Positions 19,305 to 29,062 of a stretch of DNA of 64,000 nt are shown here, piece by piece. The notes below the pieces were generated by a model. The model did not search any database and was not told where the DNA came from. It saw only the letters and a program-made list of their open reading frames with translations. The position numbers and the translations under genes are program-made. This stretch comes from Candidatus Poseidoniaceae archaeon (GTDB taxonomy: Archaea; Thermoplasmatota; Poseidoniia; Poseidoniales; Poseidoniaceae). The stretch covers positions 179,076-243,075 of the forward strand of contig CASICQ010000003.1 of NCBI GenBank assembly GCA_949373235.1, given 5' to 3'. Position 1 is the stretch's first letter; the number at the start of each line of letters is the position of its first letter.

Positions 19305-19532
19305 ATGACCTCCGTAAGCGTGAGTTATGAAGTTCGAAGGCAACTGAACACAATGCGCAGCACAAGCGGTCATAAGAGCGTCAATGAGTTGCTCTTGGAC
19401 ATGGTTCGTGCTCACAAAATCGCCAAAATGAACGGCGAGATCGAAACCCTGAGGGACAGAATGAAGGCTGTTGCTGATGTTGATATCGAGCATTTGGTTG
19501 ACCGTTTGAACCTCGCTCCATTCAAGGTGTGA
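19305..19532 (+). CDS. Small ribbon-helix-helix-like DNA-binding protein
   Basis: Alternating beta-strand MTSVSVS, helix YEVRRQLNTMR, turn, helix SVNELLLDMV; SD GGTGA upstream. Confidence 0.6.
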   Translation: MTSVSVSYEVRRQLNTMRSTSGHKSVNELLLDMVRAHKIAKMNGEIETLRDRMKAVADVDIEHLVDRLNLAPFKV

Positions 19533-19536
19533 TCGC

Positions 19537-19791
19537 ATGATGAAATGGCGACCACCCGGCTACGAGTTTGATGCTCGTAATTTGGTTCGTGCCTTATTCA
19601 GCGAAAACACGAGTGAAGGAAAACTGCTCGAAGCCGCTGCGTGCGGCCATGTAGAAATTTTTGCTAAGGCCACCGCTTGGAACGGTGTGCTTTGGCTGAT
19701 CATGAACACTCTGAAGCAAGATGGCAAACCCGTTTACACAGGAGAAGAACTCGGTGCTCTTCGAGAATCCTTACCTATTGTTTGGCGCTGA
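19537..19791 (+). CDS. Small protein resembling the N-terminal half of a PIN domain
   Basis: FDARNLVRALF...KLLEAAACGHVEIF mirrors the PIN pattern xDTNxLxxAL...xLLxxxxxGxxxL. Only 84 aa; 4 nt after the RHH gene. Confidence 0.45.
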   Translation: MMKWRPPGYEFDARNLVRALFSENTSEGKLLEAAACGHVEIFAKATAWNGVLWLIMNTLKQDGKPVYTGEELGALRESLPIVWR

Positions 19792-20070
19792 TTGATTCGC
19801 GAAATCACTTGACAAGGGGTGCGCAGCGCCTCGCTCAACCGCAACCCAACGTACTGTATCGTAAACTGCTTTTGCTCGCGTGTACTTGAGCAAAGCCCGA
19901 AGCTTATTTTTTTGGGACCCGTTTTCTTTGCGCTCAAGGTATCGAAGATGTTGTACATTCATTTCAGATTGGACTTCTCTGATTAAATCCTCGATATCGG
20001 ATTTTTTGCGGTTATACAAGCGCATGTTGTCGAACCAGGGATCCTGTTGTGTTGCTTTGGACATCTTCAT
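19771..20070 (-). CDS. Small basic helical hypothetical protein
   Basis: Only plausible ORF in the gap; convergent 21-nt overlap with the preceding gene; start uncertain (ATG 20070 or TTG 20088). Confidence 0.55.
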   Translation of the reverse strand: MKMSKATQQDPWFDNMRLYNRKKSDIEDLIREVQSEMNVQHLRYLERKENGSQKNKLRALLKYTRAKAVYDTVRWVAVERGAAHPLSSDFANQSAPNNR

Positions 20071-20131
20071 GCGTTCCAGCGGGCCCAATGTGACAAGGAT
20101 GGCCTCGATACTCTATTGAGGGCTCTTTAGT

Positions 20132-22564
20132 TCACTTTTGCTTGTCCAGCCATTCCTGGCCGTACCATTTCCACTGATCCATGGTCCAGCCCTCTGGAAG
20201 GCCAGATGCTGGCACTGGAGGCACTGCTGCTGCTGGTGCTGTAGCCGGTGCTGCTGCTTCTGACTCAGGTGCTGATGCTGCCGGCATGCCTGCAATGTTT
20301 TCGATGCTGTCTTCTTCGCTGTAGAGTGAAGAAGCATCAATCGCTTCTGAAGCGTCCTCTATGGAGTCGAGATCTTCGTCTTGGACGGTGAAGTCAAGGC
20401 TTGCAACATCATCATCCCAAGCGGAATCTGATTCAACCCCGCCTTGGGCTGAAAGGCCTGCTGTTCCTTCAAGCGCCTCAGCAGAGGCGGAATTTTTGCT
20501 TTGAGTTGGAGGGAGTGCTGTTCCGTAAATCTTGAGGTTGGATTTTGTCTTACGCCGCTTGCTCATTGCCCCAACTGCAACGATGATCAAGGTGAGGACG
20601 GCAAAGGCAGAGCCTCCAACGGCTATGACCTGCTTGACCGTCGTGCTGTCGACATCTGAATTAGAATCGAGTAACCCTGCGTTCTTGCTGGTGTTCCAAG
20701 CTGCATAGGAGTAGTCGCTTTCATTTGCGTTCTTGCTCCGAGCAAGATAGGCTTGGTAATCATCGCTGCGCCAACCCATGCATGCATCTGAGGCATCATC
20801 GAAATTAAGCATGCAGTGGTCTTTTTCGGTTTGGATCAGCGGGCGAGTGTCATCGTAATCTGCATTGGATCCGACGCCATCTTTGTCCCCGTCAAAATGT
20901 TCATTCGGATCAGTTTCCATACCGATGGACTCGGTTCGATCCACCCACCCGTCGCCGTCAAGATCTTGGCAGCCATTTGAGGCGACTTCAACAAATCCGA
21001 GAAGTGCCGTTGCGTTTGCAAGCCATGCTCGCGTGGAGTTGCCAAATTCCCACGGGCAAGCATCTGGTAGCAACCCTGTGGTGTTGTCGCCATAGCCATC
21101 GCCGTCCTGATCGCGCCATTGGGTGCCTTGGGATGGCAAGGCATCTGCACCTTGCTCGGCGCCGTAGCCTGCATCGGGGTTGGAATACCCGTCGAGATCG
21201 GTGTCAGGGCAACCGTATCGGTCCTGCTTGGAAAATCCGTTTTGCGTTGGGCAAGCATCCGGCATCAAGCCATCTGGGTTGCTGCCAAAACCGTCGACGT
21301 CCTCATCGGCCCACTGTGTGGGTTCGTCAGGGAACATGTCGCCATTCTGCCCTTGCATGTTGTCACCGTAGCCGTCGCCATCTCGGTCTTGCCATTGTTC
21401 TGCGTTGTTCGGGAAAGCGTCTCCGTTGGTGCCTGCTGGGTTGTCGCCGTAGCCATCAGCATCGGCATCGACGTATTGAGTTTCATCTGTGGGGAAGGCA
21501 TCGCCCATGAAGCCGTCAATGTTGTCGCCGTAGCCGTCGAGATCGGCATCGTTCCATTGAGTGATTTCATTCGGAAAGGCATCGTTGGTGTCGGTCACGC
21601 CGTCACCGTCGGTGTCCAAATCATAGAGGCGGACTTTGGAGTAGGACACAAAGGAGGTGATGATGTAGACTTCACCAGTAAACGGCGTGGAGGAGCCAAT
21701 CACCGGGCCTTGAGAGGTATAGGTCTCGCCCTCGCTGAACGTCGCCCCGTCAATCATGGTCAGTTTGCCATTTTGGGTGCCTGCAATGTAGGTGCTGTTG
21801 TCCACTTCCTCAAGATGAACAACCGAAGAACCGTGGCTGAGTGAAAGCGTTTCAACGGCCCATGAGTTTGTGTCATACCGGTACACAGCCCCGTTTGCAG
21901 CGCCGACCACCAGGTTGCCATCGTGATCTTCAATCAGGGCGTTGACAATGCCGCCTGGTTCATTCAACGTGGTCAACAATGTGCCGCCATTGTCTGAAAT
22001 GTGCACCTTTGAGTCATAGCCACCCATGGCGATTCGTCCATTGTCAAGAACGATGAAAGAATTGAATCCGCTCTGTACTGGTGGGGAGTTTGTCCCTGTA
22101 GCTCCTTCTGAATTGTATTCTTCAGCCCGGCGGCGCCCGGCAAAGAAAGCAAGCCAAAGATCCCCTTCTGAATCCCAATCCACATCATTAACGGGATCGG
22201 TGGTCGAAATGTTACGGTTGGCTATTTGCAACACCATGTGAACGATGAACACCCCTGAATCGTGGGCCACTGCAGTGAGCAGTTGCGCATCATCGAGCCG
22301 TGCTCCGTTCGCACTCACACCAAGTTCGAGGTTCCACAGAGGAACGAGAATGCCGTTGCTGAAGGCGTTGACGCTCAGGTTTCCTTCACCGTCAACGGTC
22401 AGAACAGTACCGTCGTTCATCACTTCCCAGTGAACCAACTTCACCGCCGTTTGATGCGTATAGCCTGCATCGATGAGTTCAACATCGTTCGCTGCTACAA
22501 CCGGGCCAAAGGCCACCAATGGGAGCATCGTGAAGGCGATGAACAGAACAAGAAAGCGGTTCAT
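20132..22564 (-). CDS. Secreted WD40/PQQ-like propeller + TSP3-like repeats + TM + Trp-rich cytoplasmic tail
   Basis: Signal peptide; repeated QWxDxDGDGYGDN; TM VIAVGGSAFAVLTLIIVAVGAM followed by KRRK; tail GLPEGWTMDQWKWYGQEWL. Confidence 0.8.
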   Translation of the reverse strand: MNRFLVLFIAFTMLPLVAFGPVVAANDVELIDAGYTHQTAVKLVHWEVMNDGTVLTVDGEGNLSVNAFSNGILVPLWNLELGVSANGARLDDAQLLTAVAHDSGVFIVHMVLQIANRNISTTDPVNDVDWDSEGDLWLAFFAGRRRAEEYNSEGATGTNSPPVQSGFNSFIVLDNGRIAMGGYDSKVHISDNGGTLLTTLNEPGGIVNALIEDHDGNLVVGAANGAVYRYDTNSWAVETLSLSHGSSVVHLEEVDNSTYIAGTQNGKLTMIDGATFSEGETYTSQGPVIGSSTPFTGEVYIITSFVSYSKVRLYDLDTDGDGVTDTNDAFPNEITQWNDADLDGYGDNIDGFMGDAFPTDETQYVDADADGYGDNPAGTNGDAFPNNAEQWQDRDGDGYGDNMQGQNGDMFPDEPTQWADEDVDGFGSNPDGLMPDACPTQNGFSKQDRYGCPDTDLDGYSNPDAGYGAEQGADALPSQGTQWRDQDGDGYGDNTTGLLPDACPWEFGNSTRAWLANATALLGFVEVASNGCQDLDGDGWVDRTESIGMETDPNEHFDGDKDGVGSNADYDDTRPLIQTEKDHCMLNFDDASDACMGWRSDDYQAYLARSKNANESDYSYAAWNTSKNAGLLDSNSDVDSTTVKQVIAVGGSAFAVLTLIIVAVGAMSKRRKTKSNLKIYGTALPPTQSKNSASAEALEGTAGLSAQGGVESDSAWDDDVASLDFTVQDEDLDSIEDASEAIDASSLYSEEDSIENIAGMPAASAPESEAAAPATAPAAAVPPVPASGLPEGWTMDQWKWYGQEWLDKQK

Positions 22565-22630
22565 ACCTTAGGCCAAGCCTTCAATCAATATGAAGGAGCC
22601 GATGCCCAGTGTCACTTCCTTTGAGATGAA

Positions 22631-25204
22631 TCAAGACTCGTCTGCTGATTCTTCCTCGTCTTGCGCATCGGGTTGGTGAATCTTGAGTGGCGTCATTCGG
22701 CGAACCGGAGTCAACGTTGCTGTGGAGCCTTCCCCTGCTTTACTCGAGGATGATTTTGATGCTGCTGGTGCGATGCTTGGTGGGGCGCCCCGTGCTTTTT
22801 TGGGCGTAAGTTGTGGCGGCACAGCCTTCAACGTCGTGGTCTTGACTGGGACAGCTTCCTCAACAGGGGACAAGACAGCAGTAATTGGTCGCATGACTGC
22901 GGATTCTTGTTCCACTTCTTGTTCGAGTTCTTCAGAGGCTGCCTCGATGATTTGTTCCACAGGATCCGCGACTTCAGTTTGCACTGGTGCGATCTCTTGA
23001 GCAACTGCTGCTTCCAATTCAACCGTTGATTGTGGCAGTTCGGTGACCACCGGGGTGCCGATGGCTTCACCAGCCGGCAGAGGCACGTCTTCGAGTTGTG
23101 GCGTTACATTTGGCTGAACCAAGGTGTTTGCAGGCTGGAGCGGGGTTCGAACGACCTTCGGTTGCACTGGTTGTGCAAGTTGTGGCGCCGCTGCCCCGAG
23201 TGGGGACTTGATCGGTTTGACGAGCGGAGCCCCCGGCATGCTCATGGGTTTCGAACTGGTTGTAGGGGCTCGCATACCTGCTAAGCCCATCCGTGGTTGT
23301 TGCGGTGCCTGAGCACCCATCATACCTCGCATTGGTCGGCCTGCAGACGCGCCAAGAGCGTTTGGCCTTGCGCCCAAAGCCGATGGATCCATATCGGTGG
23401 ATGCCTGACCTGGGGCGTTTTGTCCAGAGATGGATTGCATCCACATCTGACGCTTCTCTGCTCGAGTATCGGTGGATTGCAGGTCTCGGAATTCGCTTTC
23501 CCGGGATTGATAGGTTTCTTCTTCCTCATCGATTTCCCCTTGAACTTGCTTTGTGACTGCGTCTCGCATTTTATCTTCAGCCATTTCCTTGAAGGCATCC
23601 ATCTTTTCAGTGAGTCCTTGCAAACGGTTTCGGATTTCAGCACGCTTTAGACCCAGTTGAGCCTCAATTTCAGCACGAATGTGTGCTTCACGCTTGCGCA
23701 CGTCGATGAGGGCTTTGTTGCGCATGATCTCCTCGCGCTTGTCCAGTTGGCGTTCGAGTTGAACAGCAACTTCCTCTTCCTTGCGCTCTCTGAACGCATT
23801 GAGACGTTCTTCCATATCGACTTCTAATTCGAGTGAAGTTTCTTCCTTGAGCAGATCTAAATCCGTCTCAAAGGTCAGGCGTTCGTTGCGCAATCCTGCG
23901 TCAACCTCTGACATGATGGCTTTGCGTGCAGATGCTTCACGGGATTGGAACTCGAGTTCGAGCCTTTCGGACCAATCTGTTTTCTTGGAATCATACTGAT
24001 TTTCGAGTTGTTCACGCAATTCTGCTTCTCGTTCATAGCGGAAGCGAGCAAGACGGTTTTGGATTTCTGCTTCACGAGCGCTTCGGTATGAAGTGAATTC
24101 TTCATCCATGCGAGATTCAAGTTCAACCTCAACATCAGATTTGAGGGTGCGTGAGATGTCATCAATTGCCTTCGAGAAGGTGATGTCGTACTTTTCTCGG
24201 AGTCGGGACTTTCGCTCAGCGAGACGTTCTGAGTGCCTTGCCTGAAGTTGCTGTTCGATCTCAACCCGTAATTCGTCCCTTCTTCGAGCGATTGCAAGTT
24301 CAATATCTTCTCGCATGCGTTCCTCGAGGTCGTCGGTTTCTTGGCGCAATCGACCTTCTAGTTCAGATTGGAGTTGCTCAGCGATGTCTTCCTCGAGCCG
24401 GAGGCTGCGACGCTCGTATTCGGACTTAAGACGTGCTTCACGTTGCTTAAGCCGGGTTCGAAGTTGTTGTTCAAGGCGGGTTCGAATCCCCCGACGAAGT
24501 TGCTCTTCGCGCTCTGCAAGTCGGGCGTTATGCCCTTCCTCGAGCCGAGAAATCTCACTGGATTCCATCTCTGTGAATCGCTTTTCCATTTCATCATGGA
24601 TGTCTGCTTCAATTTCTCGAATGCGGTGCTGGAGCTGTTGGTTGAAGTCAAGCGATAGGCGCTCCTTTTGGATGTCCAAGCGTTGTCGGTGTTCTTCATG
24701 GAGTTGGGATTCAATCTGAGCCTTAAGTTGAGTTCGATGCTCTTCAACGCGCCGGTCTTGCTCAACTTCAAACTGGTCGTGCATGGCAGAGAGTTGGCGA
24801 TTGAGTCGAAGGTCGAGTTCCCCGCGCATGCGAGATTCTTCTCTCGCCAACGCATCTTTTTCAAGCATGCTGAGGTCTTGTTCCATCGATTCTCGCATTT
24901 CTTTTTCCAACTGATCAAGGGTGAGTTCATGCTGAACCGCAAGATCAGACGCAAGGGCTTCTTGCATGGCTGAAACACGCTCGGCAATGGCTTGTTGGCG
25001 GATGCGGCGTTCTCGGCGCAAATCCGCTCGAAGGCGCTCCTCTTGGCGGAAACGTGCTGAAGTCATGGTGGCTTGGTCGAGGGAGGTGGAAGAGGTGGAA
25101 GTGAATTGGGAACGGAGTGCTGAAAGTGCTACTTTGTCTGCATTTTCACGCTTCTTGCGTGCTGCATCGAGTGCCTCACTACTCTTGCTTGCGCTCGGTA
25201 ACAT
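22631..25204 (-). CDS. Long coiled-coil protein with a Pro-rich disordered C-terminus
   Basis: About 580 aa of E/R/L/Q-rich helix with essentially no Pro, then a low-complexity P/A/Q tail. No Walker motifs and no TM. Confidence 0.8.
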   Translation of the reverse strand: MLPSASKSSEALDAARKKRENADKVALSALRSQFTSTSSTSLDQATMTSARFRQEERLRADLRRERRIRQQAIAERVSAMQEALASDLAVQHELTLDQLEKEMRESMEQDLSMLEKDALAREESRMRGELDLRLNRQLSAMHDQFEVEQDRRVEEHRTQLKAQIESQLHEEHRQRLDIQKERLSLDFNQQLQHRIREIEADIHDEMEKRFTEMESSEISRLEEGHNARLAEREEQLRRGIRTRLEQQLRTRLKQREARLKSEYERRSLRLEEDIAEQLQSELEGRLRQETDDLEERMREDIELAIARRRDELRVEIEQQLQARHSERLAERKSRLREKYDITFSKAIDDISRTLKSDVEVELESRMDEEFTSYRSAREAEIQNRLARFRYEREAELREQLENQYDSKKTDWSERLELEFQSREASARKAIMSEVDAGLRNERLTFETDLDLLKEETSLELEVDMEERLNAFRERKEEEVAVQLERQLDKREEIMRNKALIDVRKREAHIRAEIEAQLGLKRAEIRNRLQGLTEKMDAFKEMAEDKMRDAVTKQVQGEIDEEEETYQSRESEFRDLQSTDTRAEKRQMWMQSISGQNAPGQASTDMDPSALGARPNALGASAGRPMRGMMGAQAPQQPRMGLAGMRAPTTSSKPMSMPGAPLVKPIKSPLGAAAPQLAQPVQPKVVRTPLQPANTLVQPNVTPQLEDVPLPAGEAIGTPVVTELPQSTVELEAAVAQEIAPVQTEVADPVEQIIEAASEELEQEVEQESAVMRPITAVLSPVEEAVPVKTTTLKAVPPQLTPKKARGAPPSIAPAASKSSSSKAGEGSTATLTPVRRMTPLKIHQPDAQDEEESADES

Positions 25205-25357
25205 CGTATCCCATCCAATCCTTCATGCACTTCTCATCATAGATAAGAAGCGCGACGGATGAAGGGCGCAGGATGGCGGTTTGGTAAGGGTAAATGCCCC
25301 ACCAAATTGAAACGATAAGATGTGAGCAAAGAGGAAGCCGCAACCCTTCAAAATTCG

Positions 25358-25750
25358 TTAAAATTTAACATTGAACACCGTGCTGCAGGCTGGGCAATCG
25401 ATGCGCCGGGCGCCTGGTTTGCGTTTCATGCGAAGTTGGCGTTCACAACCTGGGCAGGTGATTTCCACCTTCGGGATGTGAGGTGTGAGGGTAAAGTGAT
25501 GCATGCAGGAGGCACATTTGAGATGCGCTGGGCGCTTGTCCACACCAGCGATCAGCACCTTACCACATTCAGGGCAGCCAACCTTTTCTTCCTCCCAATT
25601 CTTTCTGGTGACTGGGTGATCAATTCGAACCTTTACTGAGCACAACTTGCATTGCAATTCTCCAAGACCACTTGGCAAGAGCCCCTCGCATTTTGGGCAA
25701 GTGAGCGCTGGGGGCGACACACGTGATTCAACGGTTGATTCTTCGCTCAT
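25358..25750 (-). CDS. Triple zinc-ribbon protein (6 CxxC)
   Basis: CPKC/CKLC, CPEC/CASC, CPGC/CPAC. Start moved to ATG 25750 to avoid overlap with the upstream gene. Confidence 0.8.
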   Translation of the reverse strand: MSEESTVESRVSPPALTCPKCEGLLPSGLGELQCKLCSVKVRIDHPVTRKNWEEEKVGCPECGKVLIAGVDKRPAHLKCASCMHHFTLTPHIPKVEITCPGCERQLRMKRKPGARRIDCPACSTVFNVKF

Positions 25751-25797
25751 AGGCTCGCCTCTTGGTTCTTGTTTTTGGTTTCTTGCACTGCTGAAAG

Positions 25798-26313
25798 TTA
25801 ACGCTTCTTGGCAATCAATACGATGCTTTCTGGCAGGAAGTTCCACGGGAGGTCGAGGGGGATGCCGTGTTGTTGAGCCAACACTTCGAGCATCTTCTTC
25901 GCACCAACTTGGTCCCTTGAGCCCTCTAAATTGATCACGCATAAATCGCCACCTTGATCCACTGCTGCTTGGAGATCTTGAGGAATCGTTTCGTTTGATG
26001 TGGTAGAGCGATCAGGGACTGCAGCCTGAGAAGCCGGCAGGGCGTGAAGAAGTTCTGGCAGTTCCACTTTCGCAGCGATGCGCCACCAACGGGCTCGACC
26101 TTGGTCCCGGTGGTTTTCGACCAAACCCAAAGAGGCGAGTTTTTTCATGTGGTGGTAGAGGTTGTAACGGTCCACTTCCAGTTGGTTTTCGATCTGTACG
26201 GTGCTCAACTCTTCTGCGTGAGAAAGAGCGAGATAGACCGCACGACGGGTTGGGTGAGCAAGGGCGGTTGTGACTGGGTCTGCTCTTACTCTGGCCATGC
26301 GCTCACCATTCAC
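25798..26313 (-). CDS. ArsR-like winged-helix transcriptional regulator
   Basis: ALAHPTRRAVYLAL, NLYHHMKKLASLGLV; alternative ATG at 26298. Confidence 0.8.
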   Translation of the reverse strand: MNGERMARVRADPVTTALAHPTRRAVYLALSHAEELSTVQIENQLEVDRYNLYHHMKKLASLGLVENHRDQGRARWWRIAAKVELPELLHALPASQAAVPDRSTTSNETIPQDLQAAVDQGGDLCVINLEGSRDQVGAKKMLEVLAQQHGIPLDLPWNFLPESIVLIAKKR

Positions 26314-26356
26314 GAAGAGCCCACCCTATGGTTTGAAGATGCCGCGTCAAGTTTGT

Positions 26357-29062
26357 TCAAGATGCAAGTTGAGTTCGCAGCAACAAAAAGGATTCTTTCG
26401 TGTCCCTCCACAACGAGACAAAGAGATTGCCAATCAAAGCCACAGCACCCTCTGAGCCTGCCAGACGCGCTCCGTTGAGGATCACCAAGATCACCGAGGC
26501 TTCGTGAATCAACACCCCGACCCACAGTTCATCGTACATCTGCAAGATTACTGCGCCAACGAGCGCGAGGGTAATACCAACTGAGATGATGAGGTTGCCA
26601 ATCAAAATGCGTTGCGCTCTTCGAGCAAGGTCGATCAGTTCGGTGAGCATTTGTGGGTCTTCACCCGGAATGAGAACATCTGCCGCCTCTAAGTTGACCG
26701 TTTCCCCGCTGCCCACAGCCACACCCACATCGGCCACTGCAAGCGCTGCAGCGTCGTTGAAGCCGTCGCCCACCATCATGGTGACGTGCGTTTGTGAGCG
26801 GCTTCGAACCCAGTTGACTTTCTCCTCGGGAGAAAGCCCGCCATGGGCGGATTTTTCATCCAATCCGACGCTCTTGGCAAAGGCCTTTACCGCAGCCTGG
26901 TTGTCACCCGAAAGGATTTCGACGTTGATGTTGCGTTTGAACAAGGAGGGGATCAGCAAGTGACTCCCATCTCGAGTGTCGTCGTGAATGAAGGTGAACA
27001 GCGCAAGAGCCTCTCCGTCGCGTGAAAGTAAACTCGCCCCGTGCCCTTTTTGCTCCGCAGCGCTGTAGGCTTCTTTCAGTTCTGCTGGGACTGTTATGTC
27101 CAAATCCTTTGCTCGATCGTACCGGATGAAGGCGACGTCTTTTCCACCGACTTTCCCGCGAACACCGGCTTCGATGTCGGCCAAAACATTGACTTTAGTT
27201 GGTTCCAGTGATGCTTCACGCACGTGCTCCATGACGGACATGGCGTAGGGATGAGAGGAGCGTGCTTCGAGCCCTGCTGCTAGCTTGAGGGCTGCGTCTT
27301 TGCGTCGGCCCTTGGCCACAACCACTTCTCCAATGCGAGGCTTTCCCGAGGTGAGGGTTCCGGTTTTATCCAGAAGAACATGGTTGACCTTGGAAAGGCG
27401 TTCAATCACATCTCCACCGCGAGCGATTGCTCCGATGTGAGCGGATCGAGCGAGTGAAGCTGCGTGTGGCACAGGCGTAGCAAGCAACAACGCACATGGG
27501 CATGCCACCACCCAAAGCAGGAGCACTATTTTCCAGTCTCCCGGGTATCCGATTTGCCAAACTGAAAAGGCACCAAACAGAACGATTGGCACCCACACTT
27601 GGGTGAAGCGTTCGATGATGTTTTGCAACCGAGGTGGTTCTTCCCGGAAGGTGTGGACCGCATCGATTAACCCTGAAAGGCGGGTTTCTTCGCCCACGGC
27701 AGTGACATCGATGACAACAGGACCTCGCGCAAGGACAAGTCCTGCTTGAATTTCATCGCCCTTGCTGATTTCGACAGGCACGGATTCTCCAGTCAATGGG
27801 GCCTTGTCGAGGGCCCCATGGCCTTCGACGATGATGCCGTCAGCCGGGATTAATTCTCCGCTTCGGACCTCCAATTGGTCGCCGAGGCGAACCAGTTCAA
27901 TCGGCACTTCTTCATGCTCTGCGTTAGGGTCGGGCAGGGCACAACCGTCAGCCCCAACAAGCGGAGCAGGTGCTGCCATGGCCAGAGAAAAAGTACCCTT
28001 TGCTAAGGCCGCAGCGACTTTACTTCCTGAACCTGAATGGGCTTTTGTCAGACGCCGTGCTTTTCGGGGCAAGCGATCGAGGCCACCCTGCATGGCTTTT
28101 CTTGCTTGCAGCAAAGCATCCCCTTCGAGGTGTGCCGTGAACGCAACGAGGATCGCTACAATCAGGGCTTCTTCCCACATACCGAGGATCGCTGCACCAA
28201 TGACTGCGAGGCTGGTGAGCACTTGGAAACCAAGCTGGCGGTTCATGAGGCTGGCAAACGCTTCTTTGAACATTTGAGAACCACCGATGATCAATCCAGG
28301 AACCGCTATCACGCCAAGCACGGTGTGCGACCAGCCCAATAATTCGCCAACGATGACAAGCACAAGCAATGGCAAAGCAATGCCGCCTCCAATCAATCGC
28401 CATTGGTCCGGACGCAACCGGTTGGATTGTGCCGTAACAAATGTGACCGGGCTGCCAGTTATGTGCTCAAGCGCTTTGTTGCGCTTTTCGAACAACTCCT
28501 TTGTTGCGTCAGGGACGAGTTGTAAAATTATGCGGTCATCTTCCGAAACCTCAACATCGAGCACCCCAGGTTGTTGGCGCAGCACCTTGGTCAATTTCCG
28601 GCGGTCAACGCCGTTCCGAGCGGCAACCGCTGTGGCTTTAGCCCCGACGATTTCATTGAATTCGAGATTTGGCGCGTGGCCAAGGGAGCGAAGGACCGAG
28701 GAGACTTCGGCTGCGTTGCCTTGTTCAAGATCGATGTTCAAACGAACGGTTCCGGCTGTAGCCGATACGAGTACATCGCCGGCTTGGGGCAGGGTTTTCA
28801 GGGCCCGGATCGCCTTGCTTGCGCAATCAGGACAATCCATCCCTAACAAGGGCCAGCTCACTTCGAAATTGCCCGTTACTTGGTCGACAATGGTTGCGTC
28901 GAGCACCTCGGCCTCAAGCACAGGTTCCGATGGCGCAAGTGTTGGAGCAGCAGCAAGTCCTTTTTTGGAGCGGGTGGTTCCTTTTTTAGCCACAGGAGGT
29001 GCTTTCAGGCCGCTGTCTTCCTCGAGCGAAAGAAAGACTTCCTCCTCCGCATCGCTGACCAT
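26357..29062 (-). CDS. Heavy-metal P1B-type ATPase
   Basis: HMA GMDCPDC, LTGES, ACPC, DKTGTLT, SSHP, GDGFNDA. Start moved to ATG 29062. Confidence 0.95.
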   Translation of the reverse strand: MVSDAEEEVFLSLEEDSGLKAPPVAKKGTTRSKKGLAAAPTLAPSEPVLEAEVLDATIVDQVTGNFEVSWPLLGMDCPDCASKAIRALKTLPQAGDVLVSATAGTVRLNIDLEQGNAAEVSSVLRSLGHAPNLEFNEIVGAKATAVAARNGVDRRKLTKVLRQQPGVLDVEVSEDDRIILQLVPDATKELFEKRNKALEHITGSPVTFVTAQSNRLRPDQWRLIGGGIALPLLVLVIVGELLGWSHTVLGVIAVPGLIIGGSQMFKEAFASLMNRQLGFQVLTSLAVIGAAILGMWEEALIVAILVAFTAHLEGDALLQARKAMQGGLDRLPRKARRLTKAHSGSGSKVAAALAKGTFSLAMAAPAPLVGADGCALPDPNAEHEEVPIELVRLGDQLEVRSGELIPADGIIVEGHGALDKAPLTGESVPVEISKGDEIQAGLVLARGPVVIDVTAVGEETRLSGLIDAVHTFREEPPRLQNIIERFTQVWVPIVLFGAFSVWQIGYPGDWKIVLLLWVVACPCALLLATPVPHAASLARSAHIGAIARGGDVIERLSKVNHVLLDKTGTLTSGKPRIGEVVVAKGRRKDAALKLAAGLEARSSHPYAMSVMEHVREASLEPTKVNVLADIEAGVRGKVGGKDVAFIRYDRAKDLDITVPAELKEAYSAAEQKGHGASLLSRDGEALALFTFIHDDTRDGSHLLIPSLFKRNINVEILSGDNQAAVKAFAKSVGLDEKSAHGGLSPEEKVNWVRSRSQTHVTMMVGDGFNDAAALAVADVGVAVGSGETVNLEAADVLIPGEDPQMLTELIDLARRAQRILIGNLIISVGITLALVGAVILQMYDELWVGVLIHEASVILVILNGARLAGSEGAVALIGNLFVSLWRDTKESFLLLRTQLAS

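Noticed and set aside
19305-19791. Active VapBC toxin-antitoxin call
   Set aside because: The PIN-like ORF is too short and lacks the later acidic catalytic residues; kept only as a degenerate candidate.
22631-25204. SMC/Rad50 assignment for the coiled-coil protein
   Set aside because: No Walker A/B, signature motif, hinge or zinc hook.
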